From the NCBI RefSeq assembly GCF_006345805.1, contig NC_042997.1, positions 6,510,001 through 6,574,000 of the forward strand: DNA of 64,000 nt, given 5' to 3'. A model generated the notes under the pieces. The model searched no databases, was not told the DNA's origin, and saw only the letters and a program-made list of their open reading frames with translations. A program made the translations under genes and the position numbers. This document shows positions 39,598 to 52,842 of this stretch, piece by piece; the first letter of the stretch is position 1, and every line of letters begins with the position of its first letter. The stretch comes from Octopus sinensis. Its lineage: Eukaryota.

Positions 39598-40820
39598 TTT
39601 GGTCATCCCATAAATGATGCGATTTGTTCATTTGCACGAACTAAAACACAACGGTAGAGAGGATAAACTATCGTATCAACTTGCTATAAAATTAGGTAGC
39701 AATCTCACCTTGTCCTCATTCGTAGTGCAAGTTTTGAAGAGTGCAGCTTGATTTTAACAGTTAATTTTTCTAAGCTATAATGCAAATCAGAAAGGAGCAT
39801 ATTCAACGGGTTTTCCTTCATGAATTCTATAAAGGCAACAACACAACTGAAAGTCTGAGGAATATAAAAGCAATATATGTGGATCGGGCAATAAGCGTAA
39901 GCCTGTGTCAACGGTGTTTCCAGAAATTGCGACCTACAAAATACATCTTCGAAGACGAGCCTCATACTGGAAGTTTTCTAAAGCTCGACGAGGATGTCCT
40001 GCGAGCCGTAGTGGAAGAAAATCTCACGTAACAGTTGACGAACTAGCGGAGAAGCTTTATTTGGTCATTCATCGACACCTGCGATCCATCGGAAAATTCA
40101 GCAAATTGGGTCAATGGTCTCCTCACAAACTTTACGAGTGTAACCACGCGCAGAGAGTGAATGTGTGCTCTACTTTGCTGCCCCGTCTCCCAAATGAACC
40201 TATTTGGGGGACCGAATAATGACTGGTGAGGAGAAATGGGCTCTCTATAAAAATGTGAAGCACCCAAGACAGCGGGTAAGGAAACGAGAAACACCGACTT
40301 GCCAGGCTGAAGAAGCTTTTTATACACGTAAGTTGTTGTTATCTTTTAGTGACATACGAAATGTTTAGTTCCCTTTGAACTTTTAAACCCAAACCAAACA
40401 ATATCATATGAGATCTGCTGCGAGCAGTTTGCGCAGCGTAAGTCAGCACTAGAAGAGAAACAACCATTTTTTGTTTCAAACCAAAAGGTGTTCTTCCATC
40501 AGTATAATGTTCAGCTACATACAGCGGGGATGGCATTCCAAAGGGTGGAGAAGTTTGAATGGGAAACGATACCCCACCCACATCTATCATGTATCATTTA
40601 TTCTGCAGTCTTCAAAATCATTTAGACAGAACATTACTGCAGGAGTAATTTTCGTTACGGAAAGTGAATTTTGGAAGAAGGGCTTTGCATGTCTACCTGA
40701 TAGACGGAAAAACATTATTGAAAATGAAGGAGTCTCTATTTTTGATTAAAATGAAATTTGTTTATCTTAATACTGAAAAGTAAAAGTGTAGAAAACCGCA
40801 TTGTTTATGGCATGGCCCAA
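39598..40820 (+). mobile_element. Mariner-family DNA transposon, defective
   Basis: Imperfect TIRs of about 28 bp (ttggtcatcccataaatgatgcg / cgcattgtttatggcatggcccaa) with TA at 40821-22. Motifs: FEDEPHTG, WSPHKL (WVPHEL-like), IMTGEEKW, FHQYNVQLHT, WETIPHP. Confidence 0.88.
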
Positions 40821-41339
40821 TACATGCGCATAGGATTCAGCGATAATGTTTGACAAAATTTTGATATGCTATATACAGAGTAACATGCGTCTTATGCATT
40901 TTCGTCTTGCCTCAATTTATGTATTGCTATTTCCCTGTCAGAGTGATCCGTAACATCAAACGGGCAGATCAAATGCAACATATTAAAATGCACGTGAATA
41001 GTTGATAGACATTTTAGAGCAGCTCTGGATGATGTGTTCCAAGCTCTGAAGTTTATTAAAAGAATATATAGTTTAGATGTTGTGCTTCGTGTTTAGAGAA
41101 GTGTATCATCTTCTTTGGCTTGATAGTATCTTATGTCTATATGGGACTCATTCTTCTGTGTGCAAGCTTAGACCCTCTCTAGCAATAGTTCTTGTGCCCG
41201 GATAATGGCACATAGTTGATATCTTTTTATTTATGTATATAACACACAAATCTGTGCAGTAGCTGAACTTGTGTCATCAAGCAGAGATTTGAAACGACAC
41301 TGAACACCACAAGTAGCCACCACAGTCGACATATACAGG

Positions 41340-42300
41340 ATGGCGACTACAAGCACCAGTGACGGTGTTACAAAAATATTTCTATTGATAATCGGAGGTC
41401 TCGTGTATCTCAACAACGAAACAGTAATTGCTTTCTTGTTAGACGTCGCTGTATATGACATTCAAAATCTACAAATAAAGCAAATTAATGTTATTGAATA
41501 TGCAACATATATTCCACTCGATGCGCCAAATCCAGCCGGCAAATTTGAAGACTGTTTCGCAAAACTGGATGTTTTATTCAAACTGGAACAACACAGAAAA
41601 TTGCAATCCCGACGCTGAACAAAATGCAGAGGATGTACCATAGCCCTGAAAGGATTCCAGTCTCTAAATTAAAATCAGCGCGCACAATGGGCAGTGGCAT
41701 GAATAATGATGCATCATTTCCAGCTGCATATTCCTAAATTGGTAATAGAATTCAGGTGGTAGGCCGAATGGATCCTGAGAAATTTCAGAATTTAAGAGCT
41801 ATGAAAGTTTCAGGAGGACATATGCCCTCAGCCGCGTAGACCACTACACCAAATTATAGTTTTCAGACAGTATAAAAAGAGGAACGCGAAGCAATGCAGC
41901 GAGCGACGCAAAGAAGACCGACTCAGTGAAAAATGGTAGCTAAAATCAGTATAAATAGATTTTAAACTCTGCTCTCTACAACGAAGACGGGAATGTTATG
42001 CAGTGACATTATTCTGGAAATTATGCCGGTGTCTCAACGATGCGTCACTGTCAGAAACTAAGCATAGCTATTATGATAAACACAGGAATAGATACTGCAA
42101 TGGTTGTGATTCAAAGGGCCACAGCTATTCAATATCCTTGAAAAAGTATGAGAGACAAACATGGGGTGGATATAGGTATCTTGAAACAAACCTCTAACAC
42201 CTCCCGTACAGGGTTCCGGAGAGAAATATCTCGTGGCAACAAACGAGGAAAACATACTCTTTCAATAACCAAAAGTCCTATAGGACAGGAGGCTTCATGT
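41340..42300 (+). mobile_element. Heavily deleted CR1-type LINE remnant (APE piece plus 3' end)
   Basis: YIPLDAPNPAGKFEDCFAKL resembles CRSPDAPNDNVMFEDCLTRI at about 44265. FKGPQLFNILEK and RDKHGVDIGILK resemble the C-terminus at 46250-46350. Confidence 0.55.
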
Positions 42301-43374
42301 AATGAATATTCAGCTGAAACTAGTAAAAGATAAAAGACAAAAGGTCTGTGTGTGAAGGTACACAGACACTCATATATATACTTGGAAAAGGAAGCGTGGC
42401 GTTCGATCATATAATAGTATAAGTAAGATATAAATATAGGCATATAGATACACACATGTATGTACATACCTACATATATATGTATATATATTCATGCATA
42501 TATGGGCACAGAACATCAAAAAACGTTGAACACAATGAGAAACGAAAACATAAAAACAAAAATTATAGAAATGAACTTTTTTTCGAACGACGAAAAAAAA
42601 CTGAGAAACGAGACATACAGCATAAAGAATATCGAAGACAAGTGTATAAATAACAAACAGGTATATTAGTTTAACGTTCGAGAAGGTGAGAAAGATTTTT
42701 TACGCTTCGAGCACACCCTCTTTAAAAGAAAAAAACACGATGAAATAAAACAGAGAGAGAAATATATAAAAAAAAACAATAAAGTGATTGTTTAGTTGTA
42801 CAGATTTACAAATGTATATAGGCTTGGAATATTTCCATGACGATATATGCAATCATAAATATATATTTTGAATTATATAGATTACTCAGTAAGCACTTTC
42901 TTTATGTTGTAATAGGTGTGAAAACAAATACATTGCAGATGATAAGAGTTATGAAATGTAACGGAACAACATTGAAACCTTAAGAGTACGAAAAATAAAT
43001 CATACAAACAAGCAACTAAAGACAAAAATATGTATTTATAAGCATATATATATCTAAATATTGATGTTATTCATTTGCACTACTGCATATAAGTAGCCGT
43101 TTCTTTTCGGGATTGTCTTTTTTCGTGCGAGTGGCGACAATCCGTAGTACTACGACTTCCGATGCTAGTTCATGGTGTAACAATCTTATTTCATTTGTTT
43201 CCGAGAAATAAATGAATGCCGTTAATTTTTAGCAGCTTCAACACGCAATATCCTCATAAATGAATTGAAAAGGAAAGCCCTCACGAATTTTCAAAATTCA
43301 ATAATATTACTCATAGTTCAATATAGTTTATACTCTCATTATTTATGAATTTCTTTGTCTCCTATTAAACCTAA

Positions 43375-43409
43375 TGGGTATATACATATATATATATGTA
43401 TATATGCGT

Positions 43410-43468
<59 letters not shown>

Positions 43469-43579
43469 CAAATATATGTATATATGCGTATATATATAGA
43501 TATATATATATACAGACATATATATATGTATATATGCGTATATATGTATATATATTACATATATATATGCGTAAATATG

Positions 43580-43614
<35 letters not shown>

Positions 43615-43625
43615 GTATATATGCG

Positions 43626-43656
<31 letters not shown>

Positions 43657-43685
43657 CCGTATATATATACATATGCGTATATATG

Positions 43686-43743
<58 letters not shown>

Positions 43744-43877
43744 TAGACAGACGTACATATATGTGTTCATATGCTTGTGAGTCTGTGCTAGTCCTATCAC
43801 CATCGCTTGGCATATATATATATGAACATAAGTGTACATATATATTAATGTATACATGAATGTATGTTTGTCTATAG

Positions 43878-43937
<60 letters not shown>

Positions 43938-44038
43938 AGAGAGAGACAAAGAGATACATATATGTGTATATAGATATATATTTATAGTTCACCATGAAAT
44001 TTATGTGTATTTTGGTTTCCTCGCTATAATTCACTATA

Positions 44039-44105
<67 letters not shown>

Positions 44106-44110
44106 TATAT
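43375..44110. repeat. Long compound (AT)n/(ATAC/ATGT)n microsatellite field
   Basis: Direct reading; source of many YI-repeat ORFs. Confidence 0.95.
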
Positions 44111-46508
44111 ATATTATACAGAAGGAAAATGAACCATAGTGGAGTTGCTGTATACATTCGTGAAGGACTCACGTTCTAGGTCTTACTCTCATAATCAAAT
44201 ACAGTATATGATACTCTAATTGTATACAGAAGACAACAAAATATCGTCATATGCAATATATGTCGCTCACCGGATGCTCCAAACGACAACGTCATGTTTG
44301 AAGATTGCCTCACAAGAATTAAAGGAATTCTAATGAAAGTGGGACACCACGTTAGTATATTTCTTACATATGATTTCAAATGCTCTCAGGAATGACTCAT
44401 TGCAAACAGGCACAATTGGAGTCCCTGCTCAACCTCACTAATGCCGAATTCATGGAGCAGGTTGTCCTCAGACCAACTACGGAGAGTAACATTTTGTATC
44501 TCTGCTTTACAAACGATACGGATGTAAAAGTGACGCCGACATTACTTACGGATCACAACATAATATAGCTGTCTTCGTATGGACCAAAAATAGTCATGCA
44601 TCCTAAAGAAAGAACCTGAAATTTCTCCAATCTGACCTTCCTCAAAGCAAACTAGAAATCGATCCAAAAATTGATCCTCAGACAGGACTGGCCAAAATGT
44701 CTCTCCATACCAGATATTGGCATGAAAGTAAAATATTTCATGTCTGCTATGCAAACCATATGACAGAAATATATCTCAGAGGACAAGGCCGATATAAAAA
44801 GATACAAGATTCCAAGGGCGAGAAAGATCTTCATGAGACGACGGATGAAGGTTGCAATTCGGTTCAACCAACACTCCAAATGTAGTGAAAGGTTCAATCT
44901 AAAATCAACACTGATGGAGATTGAAGAAAACCTGCAACAATCCTATGTGAACGACAGACCAGACAAAAAGCATGGGTAATAAAAAAACAAGACAAACCCA
45001 AAGGCCTTATTTCATTATGCCAAAGAAACAGCCTCAGTACGCTGCACAATAGCACCCATCTTTGTGAAAAATGACTCACTCAGAGATAGTCAAACCAGGA
45101 TAAGTGAGATACTGAATGACCAGGTCAAAAGTGTCTTTACCACCCCGATAGAATACAGACAATTGAAAGAACCAGGAGATTATTTTGCCGCCTCACCTAT
45201 AACCAGCGAGGCAATTACGATGGAATACATCGACTTCAGCGATGAAGATATACTACTAGCTTTAGATGAGGTGAATGCAAACTCAACAGCTGGTCCTGAT
45301 GGTTTCCAGCTATCCTCCTCAAATCGTGTAAGCCTGCCCTGGCGAAACCACTACAAATTCCTTCCTGTGCTTTCTTGTAAATGGTAGGCTGCCAACAAAC
45401 TGAAGGAGGGAATAATATACCCAATCCATAAGAAAGGAAGCAGGGCAGATGTCAAAACTGTAGGCCTATCTCTCTGACCTCACGCATCAGCATATTCATG
45501 GAACTGATAATCAGAGGAAAATCGATTGCATCCCTTGAAGAAAATAACTTACTGAGTAATAACAAGCATGGCTTTCGTCCAGGTGGGAACTGTCTGACTC
45601 AGCTCTGACAGTAGGATGACTCAACAACTCAAATGTGGACGTAATATATGTTCACTTGCAAAAGCTTTTGAGAAAGTGGATCTTGGTATGATATGCCACA
45701 AACTGCATGATCTCGACATAGCAAGAATACATGGCCTTCTGAAAGATAGAAGTGTGGAGACACCTCAATGAAAACATAAATATTGGGCGGTGTTCCACGG
45801 GAAACTGTTTTTGGACCACTGCTTTTCATAGTGACCTTCTGAGATATGCCCTTAGCTGCCCGTATAGCAACCTTTGCTAGCTACGCAGACGATAGGAATG
45901 TCTGGCAGAAAATACAGAACGCCGGCGATGTTGCTCACCTGCAGCAGGAGTTGAACACAATTACAGATATGCTGAAGATAATGATATGCAGTTGAATGCT
46001 GAAAAATTCGAAGCCCTGCGCTACCAGCGTCCAAAACTGAATATAAAACTTACAGGGTACACTGGTCCACAGGGGATTACAATCACAGATATGCAGTACT
46101 ATACGTCTGGAAGATCCTGGAAGGAATTGCGTCAAATTTTGGCTTTGAAAGCAACAACAATGCCAGAACGGGTTGACATTACACAGTGCCAAATTTCCCA
46201 ACAATGTCAATGCCTTTCAGGACCATTTACTTCAACAGCCTGGATTTCAGTGGCCCCACAGCTTTTTAATATTCTCCCAAAAAGCCTGAGGGACATGCAG
46301 AAGGTAGATGTAGGTGTTTTCAAATCAAAACAAGACCTCTTTCTGTGAAGAGTCCCAGACGAACCTACCACACGGCAAGAGGTGCAAATGAAGGTAACGA
46401 TATCAAGATCATATATTCATCAAATGCCACATATTTGACGAGGCTCTCAGTAATAACAGTGTAGCAGAACGGTGGTGCCCCAGCTTGGCAACGGCTCTGA
46501 GCTGCAAC
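44110..46508 (+). mobile_element. CR1-type LINE ORF2 remnant (APE plus RT), 5'-truncated and internally deleted
   Basis: [45 protein letters not shown]-like, AFEKVD, GGVPRETVFGPLLF, YADD and APQLFNILPKSL. Starts in (TA)n and ends in a TAACA/CA tract. Confidence 0.88.
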
Positions 46509-47059
46509 TAACATATACACACACACATACACCCCCCCACACACACACATATGCGCTCTCTCTCTCTCTCACTTTCTCTTCATTCATCACCCTCATGTAC
46601 TATCTTATATCTCTCTCACCACTATACACTCAATGACACTATAAAATGCTCAAAGCTTTTTCACAGGAACTTATTTCGATTTGAAAAGCCTACTAGAATA
46701 GGAGAAAGCGCTAATATATGATCTAAGTTATATGATGTATAAAAACAAGTAATATACAAATAAATATCTGTAAATATAAACCCATCCGAATTTCTGAGTA
46801 CCTCATTTCTTCTAATATATATATTCTCAAGGCACGAATAATGTCCCTTTGAGTATAAAAACTATATGTGCCGGCGTATATCCGTGAGAACTTTTTCTTC
46901 TTTCAATGATGTTTATGAAACGTGTAATGGCATACATGTTTACATATATGAAAACACTCAGTAACTTACACTCCCAAAAATAAATTGAATTTCACCGAAC
47001 TGATAGGAAGATTGATAGATTAGTTTGTATATATCTACATGTATGTATACATGGACATA

Positions 47060-47131
47060 TGTGTCCGTGTGTGTGTGTATGTGTGTGTGTGTGTATGTGG
47101 TGTGTATGTGTGTTTATGTGTGTGTATGTGT

Positions 47132-47207
<76 letters not shown>
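47060..47207. repeat. (GT)n compound microsatellite
   Basis: Direct reading of the sequence. Confidence 0.95.
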
Positions 47208-47208
<1 letters not shown>

Positions 47209-49784
47209 GTTATTTGCGTTAATGTGTAATTTTGTTTCCGACGAGTTAGTCTCTTGCTCCTCTGTGATTAACCTTGAGCTGACTTGACGACCCTCTGCAA
47301 GAGACTGCCGCGGCCAAATTAAAATATTATTGATCTCAGATCCGGGGTACATACGTATCATAGTGAGCGGAATCTCAGAAGTGGTAACATCCAAGTGAGG
47401 TATATACCACTTGTTACTCTTCAGGCCAAGGATACCATGATTAGATTAAATGTTACGTTGTTGCAAGGATGTACGTGTCGGCGCAAGAAGTATTCAATAA
47501 GATTATTTAGAGACCATAGTATTCCTTTGCATGTTATTCCTTTCATCGGATCAACTGCCATCTTCTCCATCTTAACCGACGTAGTGCCAATATGTAAATA
47601 TATACGCACACACACACACATCGTACATAAAGGTATGGGTATTTGACTATTGCTGTACTTTGTTATTTAGGATAGTTTCTTAATTTATACCGTGGAATAT
47701 CTGAAAGTGGCGCATAAACCTGCAAACAATATCCCTATAATTTCATAGTATTGATCATTATTTTCTTTATTAATATACGGATGTATGTTTACAGGTATTT
47801 CACGAAAAGTGAGAAGATCAACGTGAAATTATTAAGGGCTCACTTTTCAAATATGTAGGTTATACGTTAACCTGTTTACAAATGATATTCAGGTTTTAGT
47901 AATATAAAAATTATAAGTGATTATAGCTTTGTATTTCTGTCAAATGAATATAGGATCCTTTAAGAATAAATTGCTCTTCATACAGCAACTTACTATATCA
48001 CTCGCATCATAGCGTATAATGGGGTAGCCTTCACTCAGTTTTCAACACTGCTTTTATGTACCTTTGCTTTTGCAGTGCCTATGTATTTCGAATCCTTCCG
48101 AACTATTGGATTCCATGTGATACGCGGTCTGTGAGTAATCGCAACTGTTTTATTTTTTTAAAATCCTATTAACGAGGTTCATTGCAGGAGGTGTTAGCAA
48201 ATCTCTATTCTTCGTTGCGGCAACATGAATTGGTATATTCATGCAGTGTGACAAAAATATTTCGAATTTTGAACGTTTATAAAAAAGCATCTAAAGTATC
48301 TTTCTGTACGGTTTCCTCTGAATCATAACACTAATGAAGCAGAAACTGACGGATCTATATACTAAGAATAAGAAGGTCGGTCACAAGAAGCTTAATATAA
48401 TTTATTAATTCTCATATAAACGCTTAAGAAAATGATAGCCCAGAAACTATTTATAAAGCTGAAAGGAAATTAATTGAAGTAGTGAGAAATGATTAAATGA
48501 AATGTATTCTTAAATGTTCTCATTTAACGTAGTGTTTCTTATAAAAGAATGATATATGGAAGCAAATAACGACTTACTTTTGGAGCATCTCTACATCATT
48601 TTTAAAGAAGACGTATAATTCTTTGAAAACATCACACTATCATTTGGGAATATATTAATAAAACCATACGTAAATTCCTAACGAAGCTACTATTAGGAGA
48701 TACCGACCAGAACGAAAATATACACATCTAGATACTGTACTAGAGTGTGTTGGTTACTGTGTCATTTCAGTCACACTGGTAATTTCAGGAAATGTATTTA
48801 TTTTCTGTGATATTAATGCCCAAATATTGATATATTTTTGTAATACAAAGAATTCTAAAATTGTACATGCATACCAATTTCACCACACACACAAAGCCAA
48901 AGATATATCTTTATATATGAATTCAAATACATATTTATATGCATGCCTATAGTTGTGTACGTATGTGTAAGTGTGTGTGCGTTTGCGTGTCTGTGTAGGG
49001 TTATATATTGAATGCTTAGATGTAAATACTCACTTTATTTACATGATATGATATAAATGATTGTGAGCTGCAGCTACGTACATTATCATTAATCAACCAT
49101 ACAACTTTGATGAACTGGCATTGTATGTATAATCTTAAGTAGTGTGTTATATATTTGTCTATGTCGGGAGAATGCAATATATTTCTAGGTCCAACAATTT
49201 ATTTTTGCATAATTAAACGAAATACAATTCCGTACTCTAAGCGTCCACAAATTCATGCTACTATTGGAAAAGCACACAATTAACTCATCTCTATCACTAT
49301 ATGATGAATTTTGATGTGTTCTGGTGTTCTCATTTTTGTAGCTTAGCAAACACTGCGATCCAATAGGGTAATATATAGATTCATAGAATCATGTGGTATC
49401 AAGAAAAGCTCCTCTAACTGACCTGGCTAGCAGACCACATAGTGTTTCAATACGTCGGAATATAATGCTGGGTTTTATGCAGCTGAAAAGCAAGACATCT
49501 ATTCGACTGAGAGATGAAGCATTGTTGTAAACATGAGTGCCTGGTTATCTGATGATTTGCTAATATATATTTGCATTGTATAATGCCTAGCATGCATATC
49601 AATACAGACGCATTAAATTTTTATATTATACAGTGTGTTTTTAGTATTTACCATGATGATGACTACGGAACGTTTGTAATCCCAAGAATGGCAGGGGATT
49701 AAATGCATTATTTTTATGTCCTATGGATCTATATTTGAGTGTGTGAGTGTGTGTGTGTGTGTGTATGCGTGTTTAGAGATAGGA

Positions 49785-49945
<161 letters not shown>

Positions 49946-51857
49946 GGTATAAGAATATGATCAGGCACACATATTTTTCAACGTATTATTTCATACGTTG
50001 ATAAGTACTTGATTATTAGCTATAAGTAATAATGCCCGCTTTATATTGATTATTACACTCGATAACTGATTGTGAAATATAGTGGTGACAATTTTCTCAT
50101 CTTATGAGAAAATTAATCATACTTACACACCAGTCGCTCGCAAAAAAATTGATAACCAATTGATTTCATATTCGTATTAGTCATCCACTTGCTGCAAGCG
50201 TGTCTTTTACCTGCTTTCATGGGTCTTTCTCTATTTAAATGCATTCAAATTGGGATTGTTATTCGCGGATATGTAACATAATGGGAGAGATGGTGTTTTT
50301 AAAATTATATCTTTGATTTTGAAGGAAAATAATGATAATTATTTGTGATTTTAATACAAATTGTATTTGCAGTTTTATCGCTTATTTTATAGAGGGCCAA
50401 AATTTAGCATCCGCTGTATTTCCTTTAGTATTAAGAATTTATACATATTCTTCTATATTTTGGCATTATCTCTTGATTTAGGATGAAATAGTCTCAAATT
50501 TCGTATATACAAGATAGAAACGCTATGAAAATTATGTCAAGTGATATTTACCGAGGAAAGAACCTAGTTGCTAAAAGATGTATTTCAATTTATAAATGAA
50601 GATGATCTAGAAAAGTTTTCTTCAAATAAGTTATAATACTTACTCGAGAATATTCAAACAATAGAAATGCATGTAGGGTCTTACATTCCTGGAATATTTT
50701 AGCAGAAAATCGCATTAAATATGAAGTTAATTCAAGTTTATCGTATTTCTCAACTTCAGATGTGCATCTAAAATAAAGACAAACATTTATTTTGATCCAT
50801 GTTTATGCACACACACAACCTTATGACGATTTCTGATTTAGGCCGATTCCCAACAACGTTGGAAGTGCATTACTATCGACCTCAATCAAAATACAAATCA
50901 TCAGTAGCCCTATTGAGACTTCATACCAAAATCCATACCTAGAATCCATTTACATTCACGCATCCATTGCAAATAAAGGCAGTTTCTTTTGTTCTTTAAT
51001 TTTAGCAGGTCGAATTCTCTTTTTCGCACTACTTTTTCCGTTAAATATTCTCCTTCAAACACGCATACCTCAAAATCGGCGGCGGCGACTATTATCAATC
51101 TCAATACTGCGATGTTCCTTTATTTTCTCTGCCTGAAATGATGTGAAGAAAATCCACCGGGACGGGATTGAAAGGAGCCGGAAATTTTTTTTTTAAATAT
51201 TTCTCTAGCCCTGCAACGATTCTATTAATTATTCTTTCTGAAAACGTATGCTATAACATAAAGTTTATTATGAAGCTAATAAAATATATACATTTACTTA
51301 CTTTAAGGAGTCGAGTAACAAGCATTAAGGCATCACTTTTCATATAGTTTATGGTTAAATTTACTAATATATTTTTACCTACATAAACACATTCGCTGAA
51401 ATTCCAACGTGTGTTTTAACATGTGGACATGAAAATGAATAACCAGCTAAAAATCTACAAAAATATTACATAGACATACGAAGTGGAAAAAAGAAGTAAG
51501 GAACAAATATGGAAGTGATGTGTAAAATTACCTGAATAAAACAGACACGGAATTTTTTTAAATAAAAAAACCCAGAAGAAGCGGGCGAAATAGTTATTTA
51601 GAAGATTAGCATCGACAAAAATCATTCAGGTGAAAATGTTTGTTATTTTCAACTATTCAAAATTTTGGTCTCTGAATTTGCCAACCACATAAGCAATTGG
51701 GTAGTTTTATTTCTTTCACTTGGAAACTGCCGGCGTGTAGATGCTACGCATGCATTTACGTATTTATATCGTAAGACAAATACAAAACTAATCACATCCC
51801 GAGAAATAACATCTGCCAGATATTTTTCTTACGATTACTCAATAGATATATATGAAT

Positions 51858-52641
51858 AAATAACTTACTGAGTAATAACAAGCATGGCTTTCGTCCAGGT
51901 AGGAACTGTCTGACTCAGCTCTGACAGTAGGATGACTCAACAACTCAAATGTGGACGTAATATATGTTCACTTGCAAAAGCTTTTGAGAAAGTGGATCTT
52001 GGTATGATATGCCACAAACTGCATGATCTCGGCATAGCAAGAATACATGGCCTTCTGAAAGATAGAAGTGTGGAGACACCTCAATGAAAACATAAATATT
52101 GGGCGGTGTTCCACGGGAAACTGTTTTTGGACCACTGCTTTTCATAGTGACCTTCTGAGATATGCCCTTAGCTGCCCGTATAGCAACCTTTGCTAGCTAC
52201 GCAGACGATAGGAATGTCTGGCAGAAAATACAGAACGCCGGCGATGTTGCTCACCTGCAGCAGGAGTTGAACACAATTTACAGATATGCTGAAGATAATG
52301 ATATGCAGTTGAATGCTGAAAAATTCGAAGCCCTGCGCTACCAGCGTCCAAAACTGAATATAAAACTTACAGGGTACACTGGTCCACAGGGGATTACAAT
52401 CACAGATATGCAGTACTATACGTCTGGAAGATCCTGGAAGGAATTGCGTCAAATTTTGGCTTTGAAAGCAACAACAATGCCAGAACGGGTTGACATTACA
52501 CAGTGCCAAATTTCCCAACAATGTCAATGCCTTTCAGGACCATTTACTGCAACAGCCTGGATTTCAGTGGCCCCACAGCTTTTTAATATTCTCCCAAAAA
52601 GCCTGAGGGACATGCAGAAGGTAGATGTAGGTGTTTTCAAA
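51858..52641 (+). repeat. 784-bp near-identical duplicate of 45542-46324 (dead CR1 RT piece)
   Basis: Base-by-base comparison found three substitutions and one 1-bp indel. Confidence 0.95.
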
Positions 52642-52788
52642 CATCATTTTCACAGTGAGCGTCTTGAAACGTGAAAGGGTCAACACATTTTCTCTTCAAG
52701 GAGATAGACAAATCAATTATATCTCAGTAAAAAATAACTACGATATCGTTATATAAACATTTGTAAAAGAAAACCTATTCATTATACA

Positions 52789-52842
<54 letters not shown>

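Noticed and set aside
43108-43154. 8-bp hairpin ggattgtc/gacaatcc next to the 12-bp palindrome cgtagtactacg, followed by GAAA on the minus strand
   Set aside because: There is no CUGANGA-like core upstream, and short palindromes are expected by chance in 64 kb.
52162-52674. 170-aa ORF containing YADD
   Set aside because: It is a fragment of a dead, internally deleted CR1 RT within the 784-bp duplicate, not a functional gene.
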